From positions 1 to 64,000 of the forward strand of contig CDMY01000542.1 in NCBI GenBank assembly GCA_001179505.1: 64,000 nucleotides of DNA. Direction: 5' to 3'. Under the pieces are notes generated by a model. It was not told the origin of the DNA. It did not search any database and saw only the letters and a list, made by a program, of their open reading frames with translations. The position numbers were made by a program, and so were the translations under genes. Each line of letters opens with the position of its first letter. The first letter of the stretch is position 1. This DNA is from Vitrella brassicaformis CCMP3155. Taxonomy: Eukaryota > Protista > Chromerida. This document shows positions 11,801 through 24,115 of this stretch, piece by piece.

Positions 11801-12400
11801 GGGACCGAACGACCCGTGAGATTATTGAGTTGATTTGATATCTATCAGGAGGTGAGGTGTCCTGCAGCGGCCTGGAGATACTCAGCCACTGAGAGAGAGT
11901 GAGAAAGAATGAGAGTGAGGGAGGGTCGCAGAATAGGTGCGATAGATACGTGCTGTGCTGGTGGGTGTGTGGCTGGGTGGATCGATCCAGTGGTGAGTGA
12001 GATGATGAAATGCCTCCTTACACAACGATAGATAATACCAATCGGCCTTCTCTCTCCTCTCCCTTGTTTGTTCTCCTCGCGCGGCCGCCCAGCCGCCCTC
12101 CCCCGCCAAAATTCCCTCTTCATCTGCTGTCCCCTCCTGTCCTCTCCTCACCTCTCCTTGCCTGTCCTCCCTGTCTACTACACGCAGCGATTTAGCACCA
12201 CGAACCGTCACACACACGTACCCACCACGGATGCAGGCAGGCACCTCACACACACACGCACCAAGACAAAGAAACGCATCACGGAAGAGAGCACCACACC
12301 CACTCACTCACCGATGCACACACGGGCGCCGCACGCACAGGCAACAGCAGCACAGCAAGGAAATCACTTCTGTCTGTCTGCCTGCCTGCCTGCCTGCCTC
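8900..12400. repeat. Microsatellite-rich non-coding interval ((CT)n, (GT)n, (CATC)n, (CAGT)n, (GAGAG)n, (CA)n)
   Basis: Many simple repeats; I could not assemble a convincing spliced ORF. Confidence 0.7.
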
Positions 12401-12410
12401 CCCCCCTCAG

Positions 12411-15400
12411 TCAGTCCCTCTTGTCAACGGTCCACGAGTGGTCCGTCACGCCACCTTTGCCCGGGCTGCCCCCGCCCTTGGCCATCTCGCTCGGCACGAT
12501 CGTCGCCGGCGTGTCCGACAGCTCCATGGCTATCGGCAGTGTGCTGGACGACGTCACGCCGTCCATGTGCATCGGGTGTTTGCCGTTGACCTCCTGTAGT
12601 GACAAAGGGGCCGGCCGCCGACCGCTGCTGCTGCCGCCGTTGAGACTTCGCATCGTGTAGAGCACACCGGGGCTGCTCTCCACCATGCCCCCGGCACCCT
12701 TGTTGGTGGAGAGCAGCTCGGTCGACGAGGGGCTGCCGGTGTGTGTGGTGGCGCTGGCGGCCCCCTCGCTGTGGTCGGGAGGCAGCGGGTGGGTGAGGGT
12801 CTTGAAAGGGAGAGTGAGGAGGGGGTGGGAGCGGGAGCTGGGGTGGAGGTCGTGGCCGCCGGCCGTGAGCACGTCGGCGGCCTCGTGGAAGGGGATCAGT
12901 GTGTCGAGCATGGGCATCATGCCGTGGAGCCGCTGATGCCCACCACCTGCAGGGCTGCTCCCGCTGCCACTCCCCCGCCCCCCTCCCGCCTTGCCACCAA
13001 CCAGCGACGCCATGAGGGCGTTGTCGTGGCCCGAATGCAGCAGCTCCAGGCTCGACGTGCCTTCAGGAAGGAAGCCGGCCGGCGAGGCGGGCTGCGTGCC
13101 CCTCTCCAGTCCGTCCTCCGCCATGTGGTTGCCGCTCTTGTCCCCCTTGCTGGGCGACGGGGTGTCGTCCCGCCGCTTCCGCTTCTTCCGCCCGCTCGTG
13201 TCGCCCTCTGGGAGGGAGGGGGGGTGGGCGACGTCTGACGGGGGGAAGCCGAAGGCCGACCGAGCTGACGCGTCGGGGTAGGCCGACTGAGAGGACGACT
13301 GGTAGGAGCGAGTCAGCCGCCGGCGCTTGGTGTCCTCCTCGCCGCTGCCTCCTCCCTTCTCTTTGGTGGACTGCTCGCCACTCGCCGCTGCTGCGTAGAG
13401 GTAGGGGTGGGGGTAGGACGAGAGATCCAGGCCGAACGCAGAGCCGCTCTGGCCGGCCGCGAGGGGCTCGAAGGGGTTGGCAGAGAGGGACGCCGCGCCT
13501 GTGGGGGTGAGGAAGGGGTGCAGCGGGGGGTCGCTCGTGTTGGGGAAGCCGCCGGCAGCCTCAGCGCCATAGCCCCCATACCCGCCGTAGGCCCCGTCAG
13601 CCGTCTGCGCGGGAACGGCAGCATAGGCATCATACGGCGCCAGGTCGCCCTCGCCCTGCCCCTCCTTGCCTGTCGCGTCGCCCTCCCGCCGGCCATAGTG
13701 CTGGTAGTACTGCTGCACAAACTCGCTGCCATGGTGTGAGTCGGGCAGCCCCTCATGGTCGCCCCCCGCCCCCTGTGTGCCCTCCTCACTCTCGGGTTTG
13801 ACCTGCAGTGGGGCGGCTGGTGGGTGGAAGGGTCCTCCCGCACCGCCCGCCACCCCGCCCTGGCTGCCGTCATCGGCCGTGTCGAACGGGGGCTGCGGGG
13901 ATGCCTGTGCGAGTGCGGTGAGGAGGTGCTGGATCATGTTCTGGATGTGGTGGCGGTAGCGGGGGTCGAACTTCTCGTTGTCCCACAGGTACCGGTGCTG
14001 CGCCAGGGCCACCAGCTGCTCGAGAGTCAGCGAGTTGAGCCGCTCCAGCTCAGCCGCGTTGGGCTCCATCGACGGGTCGCCGCCGGACGCGATGGCCGCG
14101 GGACTGTCGATGGTGGGCGGCTGGCCACCCATCCCCTGCGCCAGGTAGGCCGCGTAGCTCTGCTCACTGCCGGGCGGCGGCAGGGCGATGCCCTGTGCGC
14201 GCATCTGCTGTGCCAGGACGGCCATCTGGGGGTCGCCCGAGAGCGCGCCGTTGGACATGGCCTGCAGGAGGCTGAGCAGCCCTCCCCCAGCACCACTGGT
14301 GGGCTGGTGCACGGGGCTGTTGCCGCCGCTCTTGTTGCTGCCGTCGTGCATGGCTGCCCGGCAGCGGCCGCTCCCGCCGTCTCCGCCGCCCGACCGGCTT
14401 GACGCAGACCCGTTGCGGGTGCTCTGTCGTGTCTTCTTGTCTCGTTTGATGCCGAGGGAGGGGTGCATCGACTTGTTGGCGGCGAGGCGGTCGAAGATCT
14501 GGCGGTCGAGCTTCTGGAGCTTCTCGTGCTGGTTGGAGGCGTCGGCCACGTCCATCGACGTATCGGTGCCCATCTTCTCGGCCTGTGGACAGAGATCAGG
14601 AGGTGGATCAGACCAATAACAGATGGTTCTGGTGTGGTGTGGCGTCGTGTGGTGTGTGGTGTGGGCGAAGGAAGGTACCTACCTTGTATCTGACTTTGTA
14701 CTTCTCCCATTTGTGTTGGATGGCCGAGTTGAACCTGTTCTTGACGCTGTTGTCGGTGCGTCCGGGCATCGTGCGGGCGATGTCAGCCCACCGGTTGCCG
14801 TGATCCATCACCATCTGCACACACCACACATCACACATCACACATACATAAGAGTGAGAGAGAGTGTCCGTGTGTGAGAGAGAGATTTAAGGTGGCTTGC
14901 CTTGAAGATGTGGTAGTCCTCGCCCTCGGTCCATTCGCCCTTCTTGACGTGCGGATCCAAATGGTTCATCCACCTGCACACACACACACGCATGAGTGAT
15001 TGGTGGGGTGGGTGAGCGGATGCCCCGGATGCCTCCTGCCTGTCTGTCTGTCTGTCTGTCTGTCTGTCGGTCGCTGACCTTTCCCTGCACTGCTTGCCCG
15101 TGCGATTAATTAGACTCCCCATCATAGACCTGCAGACACACAAGCAAGGGCAAACGGTGAGCTTCCTCCATCCCCTCGACTGGGAGTGCGTGTCCTGTGT
15201 GGCAGTGGACTGCAGTGCAGTGACTGACGTACCAGTTCTTGGCACCATACTGCTTGACCAGCTCGGTGAGTGCACGGTCCTCGTCAGCCGACCAGCTGCG
15301 GGAGTTCTGACCTGCACACAACAACGAGGACACAACACAGGACAACACCAAGACAGACACAGAGAAAGAGATAGATGACCATGGGTTCATTCGCCATTCA

Positions 15401-15618
15401 TTTCATTGTGACCCCCAGCCCCCACCAAACCACACCATGGCACGGTACGGGATGCATTCATTCACTTCACCCACGAGCATGGCATGAGCACTCATGGTGT
15501 GTGGATGTCATGTATGTGTGTGTGGGTCTGTCTTACTGAGGTTGAGCTTTCGCTGCGTCTCAGCGAACTCCCTGGCGAGGCCGGCTTCACTGCTGCGGCC
15601 CTTGCCCTCTCCCCCCAT
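12411..15618 (-). CDS. R2R3-type Myb transcription factor with long low-complexity C-terminal region
   Basis: Spliced repeats SWSADEDRALTELVKQYGAKNW|SMMGSLINRTGKQCRER|WMNHLDPHVKKGEWTEGEDYHIFK|MVMDHGNRWADIARTMPGRTDNSVKNRFNS. Last exon about 12411-14583 with NLS-like KRRRL and KKRKRR. Start MGGEGKGR at 15618 is inferred. Confidence 0.92.
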
Positions 15619-16097
15619 AGCCTCCAAGCCGACAGAGAGGGCGCGCGGGAATGCACGCCCACAACCACTAATCACCCCGACCCAGCCGCAAGAGGCCCGT
15701 CAGGTCGAGCGACTGGAGGGCCTGCAACCGCCGGGTCTTTGGGGCAGGTGTCGTGGCGAGTCTATGGGTCCGATCGTCGGCGGTAGCGGCTCAACGCAGG
15801 CCAACGACAACGACAGGCAACGCCCGCCCAGTCGAACTGCCGACTCCCGGGACAGTCACGCAGTCCACGGCCGCTCTGCACGCCCAGTGCGGCGCTGCTG
15901 GTGTGTTGATTCGGGAATTGCCCGCCGTGCCTCTGTCTTCCCCGGGGTGCGCTTCGCGGGGTTTCGCCGTTAGAGGTCGAAAGAGCTCACAAGGCTGTCA
16001 CTGCCGTCGGGACGTGAAGCACTGCACTGCCCTGTGGCACGTGAGACTCTGCGGATCCGTCTGCTTGGTTTTTTCCTTTCTCCCCTTTTCTCTCCAC

Positions 16098-16121
16098 AGC
16101 TCGCAAATCTTTTGCGAGCTT
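16098..16121. promoter_or_regulatory. 10-bp perfect inverted repeat (agctcgcaaa-tct-tttgcgagct) in the Myb/LSM2 divergent promoter
   Basis: Seen directly. The half-site TTGCGAGCTT recurs at 5083-5092 (-) and 58612-58621 (+). The regulatory role is inferred. Confidence 0.45.
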
Positions 16122-16281
16122 AGAGGGGAGGAAGTTTCCCTCCTTTTCACGGCACAGGAGGCGCTATGGCGTGCAGGCATCGATAATCACCGCCTATACT
16201 CGACGGTATCGACTGTTGCGAGGATCTGAGGTGTCCTCCCGAGGTTGCGTGGCAGCGTGGTGGCCTGCCTGACCCTGCAGC

Positions 16282-16850
16282 ATGGTAACTAACGGAGCGC
16301 AGACCCGACGGCATCTGCACGCACTGTGCAGGAGATGTATCGATTGATGGGATGGATGGATCACGCCCGCCTGCCTTTGTCTGTGTGTGTTTGTTTGTCT
16401 GTGTGCTGCTGTTTGTTGGCGTGGCGCCACACCAGCTGTTCTTCAGTTTCTTCCAGACGCTGGTGGAGAGGAATGCGCAGGTGACGGTGGAGCTCAAGAA
16501 CGACCTGTGCATCACAGGCACACTGCACTCAGTGGACCAGTACCTGAACGTCAAGCTCAACAACGTCACCGTCAATGACCCCGAGAAGTACCCACACCTG
16601 GTCAGTCAGTCAGCCACTCAGTCGCTCACTCAGGCAACACTCACGCAGATCGACACATGGGGGCGGATGTGTGGTGTGTGCGTGTTTGTGGCTTGCCGTG
16701 CCTGGCCTACAGATGTCGGTGAAGAATTGCTTCATTCGGGGGTCTGTGGTTCGGTACGTCCACTTGCCGCCGTCAGAGGTGGACACCGAGCTGCTGCAGG
16801 ACGGCTGCAGGAAGGAGTGCAAGCAGGGGCTGTCTGGGCAGCAGAAATGA
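16282..16850 (+). CDS. LSM2: U6 snRNA-associated Sm-like protein LSm2 (exons 16282-16284, 16436-16600, 16713-16850)
   Basis: M|LFFSFFQTLVERNAQVTVELKNDLCITGTLHSVDQYLNVKLNNVTVNDPEKYPHL|MSVKNCFIRGSVVRYVHLPPSEVDTELLQD is the LSm2 signature. Confidence 0.97.
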
Positions 16851-17033
16851 CCGACCGACTGACACACCGAATGTGATGCATGACGACTGTGTGAATGAAT
16901 ATATGATGACACAGCGATGCGTTCGTTTCGTGTGCCCCTCTGACTGTCCGTGTGTAAAAACCAACATGACTGCGCTCAATGTTGATTGACATGAATGCGT
17001 GTGTGCGTGGGCGTTATGGGTAAGTCATCAACG

Positions 17034-18691
17034 TTATGTGGCAGCCGCCATGCGGTCGACCACAAACGCATCCAAAGTCTCAATGGCCTCGAGTTCAAAC
17101 TGTTTGTTGCGCCTGACCATCTCCTCGAGGGAAACGCACCAGTGGTTGTCGATCCTGCCAGCATCTCTTGCCTCGCGCAGCCGTCCCAGCAGCTTCTCTG
17201 CTCGCTTGCGCTCGCCCTCGCTGCGGAAGCTGGCCATGTCGCCCGGCTCAACTCTGACACACACACACACACACACGGATACACACACACAGACACACAC
17301 TCTTGTATGCAGGTGTCGTTTTGAGCCTTCTCGCTCATGCAGTCACCCGTATCTCTCCTCTGCGTCGCTGATGGACGCCGGCGTGCACAGAGAGACGTCA
17401 GACAAAGTAATATTCTGACAAGACGGATGTATGTGTGTCTATGTCTGTTCATGTCTGTCTCCCTTTCTGTTCGTTCACGTGTGTCTCTTGTGCTTACCTG
17501 CATGAACCATCCGTCTTGGGTCTTCTCAGGGCCGATGACGTAAGTTGCCGCGATGCTGAAGCCGTGGACGTCGTGGTCGACCAGACAGCCGAAGGGCAGC
17601 CAGGGATGCGTGTCGCGCAGCAGACGCAAGAAGTGACGCGTGGGCAAATCGGGATAGCTGCACACAAACGGCCATTCGTGTGGATGGACGGACGGATGGA
17701 TGCTGCTTGTGTCATATATACCCGTGTGCCGTGACGAGTATGAGGGGGCCGTGTGTCTGCACGAAGTCCGACAGGATGAGCTTGGAGAATATTGTCTCTG
17801 CAGACAGACATTGATGCATCCAGCCATTTAGCCATCCAGCCATCCAGCCAGGTGATGTACCCTTCTCGACGATGAGGGCGAACTTGGTGTCTCTGCCTGC
17901 AGGCAGCTCAATCCCCACAATGTCCTGCCGGACACACACCACGTTAGAACGTGAAAGAGAGACACATAGAGAGAGAGAGATGTGTGTGTGTGTGTGTGTC
18001 ATTTGAGCAACCTGGTGAAATGGGTTCACTCTGATACCGGTTTTGTTCTCATCCTCGCGTCCGTCGATCGAAATCACGACGGTCTCACCCTCGCGAGTGG
18101 CCCTCTCCCTCACAATGATCGAACCTTACCACACACGAGCATAGCATTGCAACCATGATGTGTGTGAGGGCATGTGAGTGAGTGAGCAGCGCACCGGCGA
18201 CGAGCCCTCTGGTGGACGAGAGGATCCTGAGCTGGTGTCTTGGTACCCTCAGGAGTCGTGTGATGTCCCTTATGGCTCTGTCGCTGTGCGTCTGGTTGGT
18301 GTACAGATGCACGTCACCATAGAACACCTCACCTGCCACCACACACACACGACAGACACCCGACAGACACACGACAGACACACGTGCTGTGTCTCTGTCA
18401 CTTTCTTCTGTCAGTCGTGCACTGCTCACTCACGGAGCGTCGCTGATGTGTGGCTGGTGTGCAGCTGGTAGATAGATCGCATCGTGGCCGTCAGCTGAGC
18501 CGCCTTCTTGCACCCGTCCGGCTGTGAGGAGTGAGCCGACAGCTTGCCCTCCAGCGATGAAGAGTCAATGCTGCTGTCGTCGTGTGCTGGTGACTCATCA
18601 TCGTGTGCGAGGTGGGTGGCGAGTGACTGGCTGGCCTCTGTGATGTTGGGGTGGCTGGGCAGCGGCTGTGTCTCGTCCTTGACGACACAGC
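17034..18691 (-). CDS. SPO11: Spo11 copy with catalytic WH-domain Tyr and complete TOPRIM C-terminus; 5' end runs into an N gap
   Basis: SATLR|EVFYGDVHLYTNQTHSDRAIRDITRLLRVPRHQLRILSSTRGLVAG (compare yeast TVRDIFY...KGLV), then VEK|ETIF, GYPD, LVDHDVHG and ELEAIETL. Confidence 0.9.
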
Positions 18692-18991
18692 NNNNNNNNN
18701 NNNNNNNNNNNNNNNNNNNNNNNNNNNNNNNNNNNNNNNNNNNNNNNNNNNNNNNNNNNNNNNNNNNNNNNNNNNNNNNNNNNNNNNNNNNNNNNNNNNN
18801 NNNNNNNNNNNNNNNNNNNNNNNNNNNNNNNNNNNNNNNNNNNNNNNNNNNNNNNNNNNNNNNNNNNNNNNNNNNNNNNNNNNNNNNNNNNNNNNNNNNN
18901 NNNNNNNNNNNNNNNNNNNNNNNNNNNNNNNNNNNNNNNNNNNNNNNNNNNNNNNNNNNNNNNNNNNNNNNNNNNNNNNNNNNNNNNNNNN
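18692..18991. other. Assembly gap (300 N)
   Basis: Run of 300 N. Confidence 1.
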
Positions 18992-19853
18992 GCCTGCAGG
19001 CAGCTCAATCCCCACAATGTCCTGCCGGACACACACCACGTTAGAACGTGAAAGAGACACATATAGAGAGAGAGATGTGTGTGTGTGTGTGTGTGTCATT
19101 TGAGCAACCTGGTGAAATGGGTTCACTCTGACACCGGTTTTGTTCTCATCCTCGCGTCCGTCGATCGAAATCATGACGGTCTCACCCTCGCGAGTGGCCC
19201 TCTCCCTCACAATGATCGAACCTACATGACCACACACGAGGATAGCATTGCAACCATGATGTGTGTGAGGGCATGTGAGTGAGTGAGCAGCGCACCGGCG
19301 ACGAGCCCTCTGGTGGACGAGAGGATCCTGAGCTGGTGTCTTGGTACCCTCAGGAGTCGTGTGATGTCCCTTATGGCTCTGTCGCTGTGCGTCTGGTTGG
19401 TGTACAGATGCACGTCACGATAGAACACCTCACCTGCCACCACAGACACACACGACAGACACCCGACAGACACACGACAGACACACGTGCTGTGCCTCTG
19501 TCACTCCTTTCTGTCAGTCGTGCACTGCTCACTCACGGAGCGTCGCTGATGTGTGGCTGGTGTGCAGCTGGTAGATAGATCGCATCGTGGCCGTCAGCTG
19601 GGCGGCCTTCCTGCATCCGTCCGGCTGTGAGGAGTGAGCCGACAGCTTGCCCTCCAGCGATGAAGAGTCAATGCTGCTGTCGTCGTGTGCTGGTGACTCA
19701 TCATCGTGTGCGAGGTGGGTGGCGAGTGACTGGCTGGCCTCTGTGATGTTGGGGTGGCTGGGCAGCGGCTGTGTCTCGTCCTTGACGACACAGCGGATGA
19801 GTGACAGCACTGCTTCCTCGAGCATCGAGTCAACCTGTCGCTCCTCCATTGAC
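18992..19853 (-). CDS. SPO11: Partial Spo11 copy between two N gaps (N-terminal/WH exons)
   Basis: Near-identical to 17895-18691, with private variants (EVFYRD instead of EVFYGD; EEAV). Confidence 0.65.
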
Positions 19854-20153
19854 NNNNNNNNNNNNNNNNNNNNNNNNNNNNNNNNNNNNNNNNNNNNNNN
19901 NNNNNNNNNNNNNNNNNNNNNNNNNNNNNNNNNNNNNNNNNNNNNNNNNNNNNNNNNNNNNNNNNNNNNNNNNNNNNNNNNNNNNNNNNNNNNNNNNNNN
20001 NNNNNNNNNNNNNNNNNNNNNNNNNNNNNNNNNNNNNNNNNNNNNNNNNNNNNNNNNNNNNNNNNNNNNNNNNNNNNNNNNNNNNNNNNNNNNNNNNNNN
20101 NNNNNNNNNNNNNNNNNNNNNNNNNNNNNNNNNNNNNNNNNNNNNNNNNNNNN
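19854..20153. other. Assembly gap (300 N)
   Basis: Run of 300 N. Confidence 1.
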
Positions 20154-21100
20154 CGACGATGAGGGCGAACTTGGTGTCTCTGCCTGCAGGCAGCTCAATC
20201 CCCACAATGTCCTGCCGGACACACACCACGTTAGAACGTGAAAGAGACACATATAGAGAGAGAGATGTGTGTGTGTGTGTGTGTGTCATTTGAGCAACCT
20301 GGTGAAATGGGTTCACTCTGACACCGGTTTTGTTCTCATCCTCGCGTCCGTCGATCGAAATCATGACGGTCTCACCCTCGCGAGTGGCCCTCTCCCTCAC
20401 AATGATCGAACCTACATGACCACACACGAGGATAGCATAGCAACCATGATGTGTGTGAGGGCATGTGAGTGAGTGAGCAGCGCACCGGCGACGAGCCCTC
20501 TGGTGGACGAGAGGATCCTGAGCTGGTGTCTTGGTACCCTCAGGAGTCGTGTGATGTCCCTTATGGCTCTGTCGCTGTGCGTCTGGTTGGTGTACAGATG
20601 CACGTCACCATAGAACACCTCACCTGCCACCACACACACACGACAGACACCCGACAGACACACGACAGACACACGTGCTGTGTCTCTGTCACTTTCTTCT
20701 GTCAGTCGTGCACTGCTCACTCACGGAGCGTCGCTGATGTGTGGCTGGTGTGCAGCTGGTAGATAGATCGCATCGTGGCCGTCAGCTGGGCGGCCTTCCT
20801 GCATCCGTCCGGCTGTGAGGAGTGAGCCGACAGCTTGCCCTCCAGCGATGAAGAGTCAATGCTGCTGTCGTCGTGTGCTGGTGACTCATCATCGTGTGCG
20901 AGGTGGGTGGCGAGTGACTGGCTGGCCTCTGTGATGTTGGGGTGGCTGGGCAGCGGCTGTGTCTCGTCCTTGACGACACAGCGGATGAGTGACAGCACTG
21001 CATCCTCGAGCATCGAGTCAACCTGTCGCTCCTCCATTGACTCACCCTGGTCGTCGCTGGCTCCCTCAGACATTAATCGCTGCTGTGATGGCTCCCTCAC
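20154..21100 (-). CDS. SPO11: Partial Spo11 copy carrying the N-terminus (MREPSQQRLMSEG...), truncated by an N gap
   Basis: ORF 20717-21100 reads ...KAAQLTATMRSIYQLHTSHTSATLR and splices to EVFYGD...GLVAG, ending at FALIV beside the gap. Confidence 0.75.
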
Positions 21101-21412
21101 TCACCCACTCACTAACTCACGGACGCGAGACAGACAGAGACGATTAAACAAACGCACAGATTACAAATTAAACATCCTGTACGTACGTATAGACATGTGT
21201 TCAACGTTTTGTATACGCGCCGTGTGTTTGCTGGGCCTCTTGAATTCATGGCATCCGATCATCGATTGACAGCTGGCCTGGCGCAGGCACCTCATCAAAT
21301 GTCACACATCTCAGGCAAGATGTCCATTGCACATTTCTGTCTGTCTGTCTGTCTGTCTATCAGTTAGATTACCGAGTAGCTCTCTGACACTCATCATATG
21401 ATAATACACCTG

Positions 21413-23738
21413 CTACAACTGGAACTGAGCTATCCTACTCAACTCCCTCAGTCCCACCCGCCACGGTCCCCTCCTCCCCCCCTGCAGCCGGCGCCTCCTG
21501 CTGCTCAGCATCCATCCGTTGCCCTTCCGCCTCCTCCTCCTGCTGCTGCTGTGGCTGTGGCTGTGGTTGCGTCTCACTCTCGACCTTGTCCGCCCCGAAC
21601 CCACCAGCACCAGCACCCGCTTGCGTCTCATCCATCGCCACATTATCATCACCCTGTTGCTGCTGCTCCTGCTGCTCCTTCTGCTCCTGCTGCTCCTGCT
21701 GCTCCTGCTGTTCCTGCTGTTGCTGCTGGTCCGCAGGCACGACGTCAGCATCGACTGGTACAGCGGCAGGCTCGGCGGCGTTTGCTGCTGCCGGTGCCGC
21801 CATGTCCACATCCTGAGGGCTGTCCACATCGACAGGGGGCTGGACGTCAGGCGGAGGGGCAGGCGCACCGCCCTCACGGGCACCAACAACACCGTTGGGC
21901 GTCTGAAGAGCCAAGATCAGATCCCACACAAAGAGTTGTGTAATGGATTGCGTGTGCCCTGGTGTCCTTTCTCCGCACCATACCTCTTCTTTGACGTCCT
22001 CGGTGGCGGCGACGTCGGCCGGCTGATCCTTGGCAGCTGCCGCAGCAGCAGCGGCTGCTTTGCCACTGCCCTTTGGCCTGCCCCTCTTGCCCTTCTGGCC
22101 GGGCGGCCTGGTCGGCTTGATGTTCTTCAGCAGGATCGTGACCAACCTGACGATACACAGAGTGAGTGATGTGCGTGCAGCACAGATTGATGCGTGTGGA
22201 TGGGAACTGAGGTGGTGGGCCTTTCTTACTGTTTGACTTGGTTGAACATGTTCTTGTCGGCCGCCAGCATGTCCACCGACAGCGTCAACACCTTGTCGTC
22301 ACGCTGATATGCCACACACGGACACGGGAGGGAATGGTGTGCGCCCCTCCAGCTCATGATTCACCTACCGGCTGCAGTGCCGAAGGCGACCGCAACTGCA
22401 GGAACCTAACCACCTGCAACATCACATCCACCGCATGGCAGACCAGACGGACGGACATCTATCTCCCTCTGTGTGTGTTGCTGTCGCAGCCTTATGAGTA
22501 TGTAGCTCCGTACTTTGGCTATGTATGGGCCTGTGAGCATCTGCATGCGTGTGTGGAGCAGCTCTCGCTCGGCGAGGGGCAGCTGGGGTGGTGGGATAGG
22601 GGCCATGTGCACGGGCGCCTCGGGGACAGCCATCATCGCAGCCGCTTCCGTACTGACACACAAGAGACAGACATGACGCAAATAGCCCCAACACACGCCA
22701 TGAGGGTTCGATCTGTCTGGCTGCATACTTACACGTGTTGTTCCCGCTTGACCCGCGGCTGCACATCCCTCTCGACGGCCACTGCTGCAGCGTCGACGCC
22801 ATCGGCGGTCCTCTTGCGTTTCTTCTGCTGCTGTTGTTGCTGCTGCTGTTGATGCTGCTGATGCTGCTTGGCCACCTTGCCCTTCTTCTTGCTGCCGCTC
22901 TTACTCACAGGTGCCACCACACCACCACCAGCAGCACTAGCTGCTGCGGCGGCGGCGGCTGCTTTGGCGGCTGCTGCTTTGGCGGCGGCTGAATTGGCGG
23001 CATCTGAGGCTGCGGAACCTGACGCCAAACTCTCAACCACCACTGCGTCAGCTGACAAACAAGTATGTGCGTGTGTTGCCATGAGCGTGTAGACTGTGTG
23101 TGTGTGGGTATGCGTGTGTACCTGGTTTTTTGGTCTCCTCCTGTGGTGCGTCGGGCTGCAGCTGGTCTGGCAGGACGGTGAGGGGTCCGAGGACGCCATC
23201 GGCCTCGATGCGGCGCCGCATCTCGTCAGCCTTCCTCTGCATGCTCTGAGCTACCTTGCATATCACCTGGCAGCCAAGCACACACACATGCACACAGACG
23301 GATTGACACATGCACAAGAGCGGTTGATCTATCTGTCTGTCGGCGTAGTCCTGTTTTTACCGATCCCTTGCGGTTGTAGAGCTGGCAGTTGGCCCAGACG
23401 AGGCCGACGTCGTGCCAAAACTCAGAGAAGCGTGTGTACTTCGGAGGGTTGTCGGCAAGCTTTTGCTGCATTCACACACACACACGCAGAGAAGGAAGGA
23501 GCACACCGTCATGATGATGTCCTCCTGTTTTTTGTGATCTGTTGCTGGTAGATCTGCATGCGTGTGGTTGTTGACGTACGCTGATAGCGGAGAGGTCCAT
23601 GGGCTGTTTGACGATGGTGAGGTAGTCCATGTACTTGGTTGTGTCGACGGGCAGCAGGAAGGCGTCCGCCTCGGGGTCCTCCTGCAGCTTCTTGACCGTA
23701 TCACGCAAAGCACTCACCAACGCCTCCTGCATCACCAT
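21413..23738 (-). CDS. Bromodomain protein with ET-like domain, AT-hook and Gln/Glu-rich tail (BET/GTE-like); multi-exon
   Basis: Bromodomain: DPEADAFLLPVDTTKYMDYLTIVKQPMDLSAI...YTRFSEFWHDVGLVWANCQLYN. ET-like: LPLAERELLHTRMQMLTGPYIAKVRSYI...LTLSVDML. AT-hook: KRGRPKG. Confidence 0.85.
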
Positions 23739-24115
23739 AATCTCGTCAGCCGATCAATTAAGGGCAAAGGTGGTGTGTTCCTCGATATGACAAACGTCGG
23801 AATGTCTGTACCGGCGGACACCGACACCACCAAGGACGCGCAGGTTGGTCGGTTGGTTATGGGTTTGACGAGCACCTGCTCCTAAGCCCGACGCCCACCT
23901 TTCGGCGCTACCACATCGGAAGCCAAGGGCGCAGAGTCAACGAGCTTGATAGGGGACAATGGATCTTGAAGACACGCCGAAAAAGTCGCCGAGGGCTGGG
24001 GACTCGCCAAAGGCAACTGGTGGGCAACACAAACAGTGAGGCACAGAAGGGCAGAAAGATGCGTGCCTTTCCTGTCTGTGTGCATGCAGGCAGCTGTGAG
24101 TCGGCCGCAGGCCGC

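Noticed and set aside
18491-20427. Long ORFs full of X (also 40001-41065)
   Set aside because: Artefacts of translating through 300-N gaps.
21519-22169. Poly-Leu 'transmembrane' ORF
   Set aside because: Antisense of the CAG/GAG-rich Gln/Glu tail of the bromodomain gene.
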